The notes below the pieces were generated by a model. That model saw only the letters and a list, made by a program, of their open reading frames with translations. It had not been told where the DNA came from and ran no database searches. The translations under genes and the position numbers were made by a program. From Candidatus Bathyarchaeia archaeon (lineage in GTDB: Archaea; Thermoproteota; Bathyarchaeia; Bathyarchaeales; Bathycorpusculaceae), in contig JBEKSS010000009.1 in the NCBI GenBank assembly GCA_049516875.1, positions 1-64,000 of the forward strand: a DNA stretch of 64,000 nt. Direction: 5' to 3'. Below, one piece after another: positions 60,397 to 64,000 of the stretch. Each line of letters starts with the position of its first letter. Within the stretch, counting starts at the first letter, position 1.

Positions 60397-60786
60397 TTAG
60401 GGATGCATTGGCTGCAGTATGGCGAACTGGTTGCCTTCAGGGTCGGCGGCTATTGCTGTCCAGCCTACGCCTGGGACCACTTGCTTGGGCACGATGATTT
60501 TGCCTCCTAGAGCTTTGATTTTCTTGATGTACTCCTCTGCGGACTCGACTGAAATGTAGTTAATCGGCTTGGCGTCTCGGCGTGTTTTCTGGTATATGCC
60601 TCCGTTCACTCCGGGTCTCAGGGATCTCATCTGCTCATCCATGGGTACGGTGCCTAGCATCCAGTAGTCCATTTCCATCTCTCCGGGGGCTTTCTCAATC
60701 TTCCAATCGAACAGTTCTGAATAGAATTTGTTCAGTTTGTCAACGTTCTTTGCGGGTATCTCAAAGTGAACAACCGTGTGATCCAT
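60397..60786 (-). CDS. VOC/glyoxalase family protein
   Basis: VVHFEIPA..FYSELFDW, NGGI, LGGKII.PK..VPGVGW..DPEGN. Confidence 0.9.
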   Translation of the reverse strand: MDHTVVHFEIPAKNVDKLNKFYSELFDWKIEKAPGEMEMDYWMLGTVPMDEQMRSLRPGVNGGIYQKTRRDAKPINYISVESAEEYIKKIKALGGKIIVPKQVVPGVGWTAIAADPEGNQFAILQPMHP

Positions 60787-60881
60787 TTTTTACACCTTCG
60801 TTTCAAGCATCGAAAACGAACGCGGTTGATATAAACTATTGCTACAGTCAGCCTGCAGCAACGGTTCATGCTTAGCGCTTG

Positions 60882-61718
60882 CTAGGTCTTGGGTTTGACG
60901 CCGGATATCTTCACGCTTGCGACGGTGTTGGCGATTTTCTTGATTTTTTCGACGGGTATTTCTGTGGTCTTGACGATTGCTTGTGCGGTGGGGTCGTTGG
61001 CCATGTTTTCGACTGGGAAGTGGTTTTCTTCGATGATTTTGACTTGTTGAAAGCCGGCCTCTTTTATCATTTGTAGGTATTTGCTCTTCATTTCGGCGCC
61101 TGAGAGGCATCCGATGTATGCTTGTACGTTCTTTTTTATGATTTCTGGGAGCTTTTTCAGCAGGACGATGTCTGAGACCATTAGTTTGCCGTTCGGTTTT
61201 AGGACTCTGAAGGCTTCTTCGAACACGCGTTTCTTGTTTGGTGAGAGGTTGATTACGCAGTTTGATATTACGACGTCAACGGTGCTGTTCGCTGCGGGTA
61301 GGTTTTCGATTTCTCCGAGTCTGAACTCGACGTTTTTGTATTTGCTTTTTCTGGCGTTTTCTCTTGCCCTGTCAATCATTTCGGGTGTCATGTCCACGCC
61401 GATGATCTTGCCGCTTTTGCCGACTCTGTTTGCCGCTAGAAAGCAGTCGAATCCTCCGCCGGAGCCGAGGTCCAGGACTGTTTGTCCCTTTCTCAGGGAA
61501 GCCAAGGCGACGGGGTTGCCGCATCCGAGACCCAGGTTTGCGCCTTCTGGAACTGATGTTATTTCTTCTTCGCTGTAGCCTATTCTCCTGCTGATCTTCT
61601 CGCTCATATCGGGGGTATTGGAACCACAGGAGGTTGGGGCACCGCAACAGGATTTTTCGTTCTTGGCGATCTTTGCGTAGCCTTCTCGAACTATCTTCTT
61701 CACTTTTTCTTCTTTCAC
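60882..61718 (-). CDS. arsM: Arsenite S-adenosylmethionine methyltransferase
   Basis: SCCG, ANLGLGCGNP, VLDLGSGGGFDCFLAA, ISNCVINLSP, GCLSGA; GTG start with GAGGTG RBS. Confidence 0.92.
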   Translation of the reverse strand: MKEEKVKKIVREGYAKIAKNEKSCCGAPTSCGSNTPDMSEKISRRIGYSEEEITSVPEGANLGLGCGNPVALASLRKGQTVLDLGSGGGFDCFLAANRVGKSGKIIGVDMTPEMIDRARENARKSKYKNVEFRLGEIENLPAANSTVDVVISNCVINLSPNKKRVFEEAFRVLKPNGKLMVSDIVLLKKLPEIIKKNVQAYIGCLSGAEMKSKYLQMIKEAGFQQVKIIEENHFPVENMANDPTAQAIVKTTEIPVEKIKKIANTVASVKISGVKPKT

Positions 61719-61806
61719 ACTGTTCACCTCCGATTTGATGACTTGCGCACGCTTCCTAATCCTATGTTTGGAACCATCTTGAGTGAAATCCTCAGCGACC
61801 GATGTT

Positions 61807-62058
61807 TCAACTGCAACCACATCCATTCTCTGAATCTTCCGCAACAGGTTTCGCCTCTCCGATTAGACCTGACGCAAACTCGTCCATGTGTGCCATTGCA
61901 CCTTTTCTAACCATCTTTGCTATCGCAATTGCCTCCATGATTTCTTTTTCCTCTGCTCCACTATCTTTCGCCCCCTTCATGAGGTGTTCAGGACAGGGCT
62001 GACAATTTGCCGTTACCGAAGCTCCGACCGCTATCAACAATTTGGTTCGGTTTTCCAT
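61807..62058 (-). CDS. Carboxymuconolactone decarboxylase/AhpD-like protein
   Basis: LIAVGASVTANCQPC..H...A...G....EI.EAI.IA; C-terminal CGC. Confidence 0.8.
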   Translation of the reverse strand: MENRTKLLIAVGASVTANCQPCPEHLMKGAKDSGAEEKEIMEAIAIAKMVRKGAMAHMDEFASGLIGEAKPVAEDSENGCGCS

Positions 62059-62085
62059 AGCAGACCTCCTCAATATTCTTGTCAA

Positions 62086-62325
62086 CTACTTGATGACCAG
62101 CTTGAGTGCGGGGCTGAGTACTTTGCTCACTGCTTCTCCCAGTCCTTCTGCTTTGAGCATCAGAAGACAGCACACTTCGCCTCCTTTTTCACAGGCCACG
62201 ATGGCGAGCTTGTCGCCGGGCTTCAATTTTGCTTTCTCCCTTATGTCCTTAGGAAGGACTATCTGCCCTTTCGAATCAATTGCAACGACGGCGTCTACCC
62301 TGAAACCTTCATTACGACCGTTCAT
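62086..62325 (-). CDS. AbrB-fold HgcAB-associated-like protein (HgcC-like)
   Basis: VDAVVAIDSKGQIVLPKDIREKA.LKPGDKLAIV......VCCL.MLKA. Confidence 0.75.
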   Translation of the reverse strand: MNGRNEGFRVDAVVAIDSKGQIVLPKDIREKAKLKPGDKLAIVACEKGGEVCCLLMLKAEGLGEAVSKVLSPALKLVIK

Positions 62326-62487
62326 TACTCTCACTGCCCAAAGCTGTGTTTCTCGGATTATTTATGTTTTTCGGATTTTTCAGAAAAATACGATTAGGCG
62401 AAGAAAGCCCTCCAGCACCGTGCCTCCCACGCTTCGTTCCCGCCCTTGAGGAAGCCTTTTCATCCTGCAGATTGTTCGCGGTTTGGG

Positions 62488-62883
62488 CTAGTCGGCTTCG
62501 TTGATGAGTCTCTTGACTCTCTTCTCTATTTCGTCCCTCATCTCCATCACCCTCTCGATGGACTTTCCTTTTGGATCATCGATTCCCCAGTCTACCACTC
62601 TGTTCAGCAGTGGAGCGGGGCAGAATCCTTGGGCGCTGCATCCCATAACGATTATCGTTTCTGCTTCCTGAACCATCTGGTTAGTGATAAGTTTCGGCTT
62701 GTTGGCTAACAGGTCTATTCCCTTTTCTCGCATGACCTGAACGACCATGGGGTTAACTTCGTTCGCTGGCATCGTCCCCGCGCTTGAAGCCTCAATCTTG
62801 CCATCACCATACAACCTTGCGAAGGCTTCTGCCATCTGGCTTCTTCCAGCGTTCTCAACGCAGACGAAAAGGATTCTTTTCAT
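62488..62883 (-). CDS. arsC: Arsenate reductase (LMW-PTP type)
   Basis: ILFVCVENAGRSQMAEAF, SAGT, MGC...CP, WGIDDPKG. Confidence 0.9.
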   Translation of the reverse strand: MKRILFVCVENAGRSQMAEAFARLYGDGKIEASSAGTMPANEVNPMVVQVMREKGIDLLANKPKLITNQMVQEAETIIVMGCSAQGFCPAPLLNRVVDWGIDDPKGKSIERVMEMRDEIEKRVKRLINEAD

Positions 62884-63163
62884 TCTTTCTTCACGTCCGT
62901 TGGAATGATGAAACAACGGGTTTAAAGTGTGTCAGCGCGCGCTACGAGTGTCTGGCAAGCAGGGCCCTTATCTGCTCTTCAGTGCTTTTTTTCACCAGAC
63001 TCGCCACAATATTAGTGAGATGGTCACTAAATAAACGCTTTTTCCTCATTAAAAGCGCGCGTAAGTCTTATTCGTGCAGCCCCATTTTTCTTGTTTGCTG
63101 CAAGAACGCCAAACAGTCAAATAGTCAGAATCCAGTTCTATGCAATGGGACTGTGAGGGAAGA

Positions 63164-63817
63164 ATGCGAAGTGCGAGAGTTGTGTCTTTTGATATGGACG
63201 GAACTTTAACCGACATCTCGTTTGCAGATTCCGTGTGGCTGGAGGGAATACCTCGTTTGTACGCCCTTAAGAATGGTCTTGCGTTTGAAGATGCAAAAAA
63301 CAGTGTGATGAACGAATATAACAAGGTCGGCAGACAGAAGCTTGAATGGTATGATATAAGTTATTGGATAGCCAGGCTGGGCTTGAACGTTTCTCCCAAA
63401 GAGGTTTTGAATTCTTATCAACACAGAATCAGGATTTTTCCGGATGCAATTGAGGTTCTGGAGGAGCTTGGGGATAGAGGATTTAGGCTAATCATGGTGA
63501 CGAATGCCCATAGGGAGTTCGTCGATTTGGAGCTTGAAAAGACGAAGATCATGCAGTATTTTGAACGTGTTTTTTCTCTAACTTCTGATTTTGGACTCGT
63601 CAAGAACACGGTTAGCGCTTACATGAAAGTGTGCAACGTTTGCAATGTCTCTCCTGACGAAGTGGTTCACGTGGGTGATGATGAGTGTTTTGATTTTGAC
63701 GTGCCTAGCAAAATGGGCATGACGGCCTTCTACCTCGATAGAACAGGTGGACACTCGGGGGAGTTTGTGGTTCGCAGTCTGAAAGAGTTTAGCGGAAAAC
63801 TCGCAGAGCGTACTTAG
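63164..63817 (+). CDS. HAD-superfamily hydrolase
   Basis: FDMDGTL, VTNA, HVGDD..FD. Confidence 0.9.
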   Translation: MRSARVVSFDMDGTLTDISFADSVWLEGIPRLYALKNGLAFEDAKNSVMNEYNKVGRQKLEWYDISYWIARLGLNVSPKEVLNSYQHRIRIFPDAIEVLEELGDRGFRLIMVTNAHREFVDLELEKTKIMQYFERVFSLTSDFGLVKNTVSAYMKVCNVCNVSPDEVVHVGDDECFDFDVPSKMGMTAFYLDRTGGHSGEFVVRSLKEFSGKLAERT

Positions 63818-64000
63818 CGTGCTGAACTGGATCGTGCGGTTTTTGATGGTCTTTTGCTGCAAAGCAGCGTTACGTGTGCGTTGCAAACTCGTTTTTTGCG
63901 GGGCAGATTGTGATAAGCTAAAATTGTGGTCTCTAGTTTAGACAAAGGGATGTCTGTTGTCGTCTCGACGAAGTCTTGAAAGGTTGAAAGGGAAAGCGCC

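Larger units (their letters stand above)
2758..63063. repeat. Dispersed short palindrome, consensus TAGCGCGCGCTA
   Basis: Exact GCGCGCGC at 9827, 16742, 17341, 18340, 24707, 26962, 27727, 29799, 30769, 41427, 42210, 54236, 55234, 56719 and 62935; variants at 9037, 9390, 13433, 16267, 17144, 18229, 19426, 35827, 37926, 38200, 40496, 40883, 63054. Confidence 0.9.

Noticed and set aside
61719-61844. N-terminal extension of ArsM
   Set aside because: A better GTG start with GAGGTG RBS lies at 61718, and the extension overlaps the upstream gene.
61807-62058. Selenocysteine readthrough in the CMD or ArsM redox motifs
   Set aside because: The motifs use ordinary Cys codons; no in-frame TGA was seen.

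Overview
Archaeal chromosomal window, most likely Bathyarchaeia (inferred from gene content and style: archaeal 23S rRNA end, EF-1alpha, CofD/CofE, DRG GTPase, intron-containing tRNA-Leu, PEF-CTERM-like surface proteins). Core genes are interspersed with two accessory regions. The first is a compound island at the 3' end of tRNA-Leu(CAG), about 16.3-27.85 kb, with a 17-bp att duplication, two integrase remnants, repeat-rich surface proteins and a Schlafen/AlbA_2 protein. The second is a defence-like patch at about 30.1-38.2 kb (RloC/SMC-like ATPase, McrC remnant, PD-(D/E)XK nuclease). An arsenic-related cluster (arsC, hgcC-like, CMD, arsM, VOC) lies near the right end. Three unexplained signals stand out: (1) a short palindrome TAGCGCGCGCTA, with 15 exact GCGCGCGC cores and many variants, sitting almost only at gene ends and at junctions between gene fragments; (2) identical 57-bp repeats separated by unique in-frame spacers inside a beta-helix surface-protein gene; (3) a ~50-bp double-palindrome element in three copies, two of them flanking a stand-alone EF-1alpha gene in inverted orientation. 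Several single-base frameshifts in short homopolymers suggest uncorrected long-read errors. All assignments come from reading motifs by eye; no searches were run.
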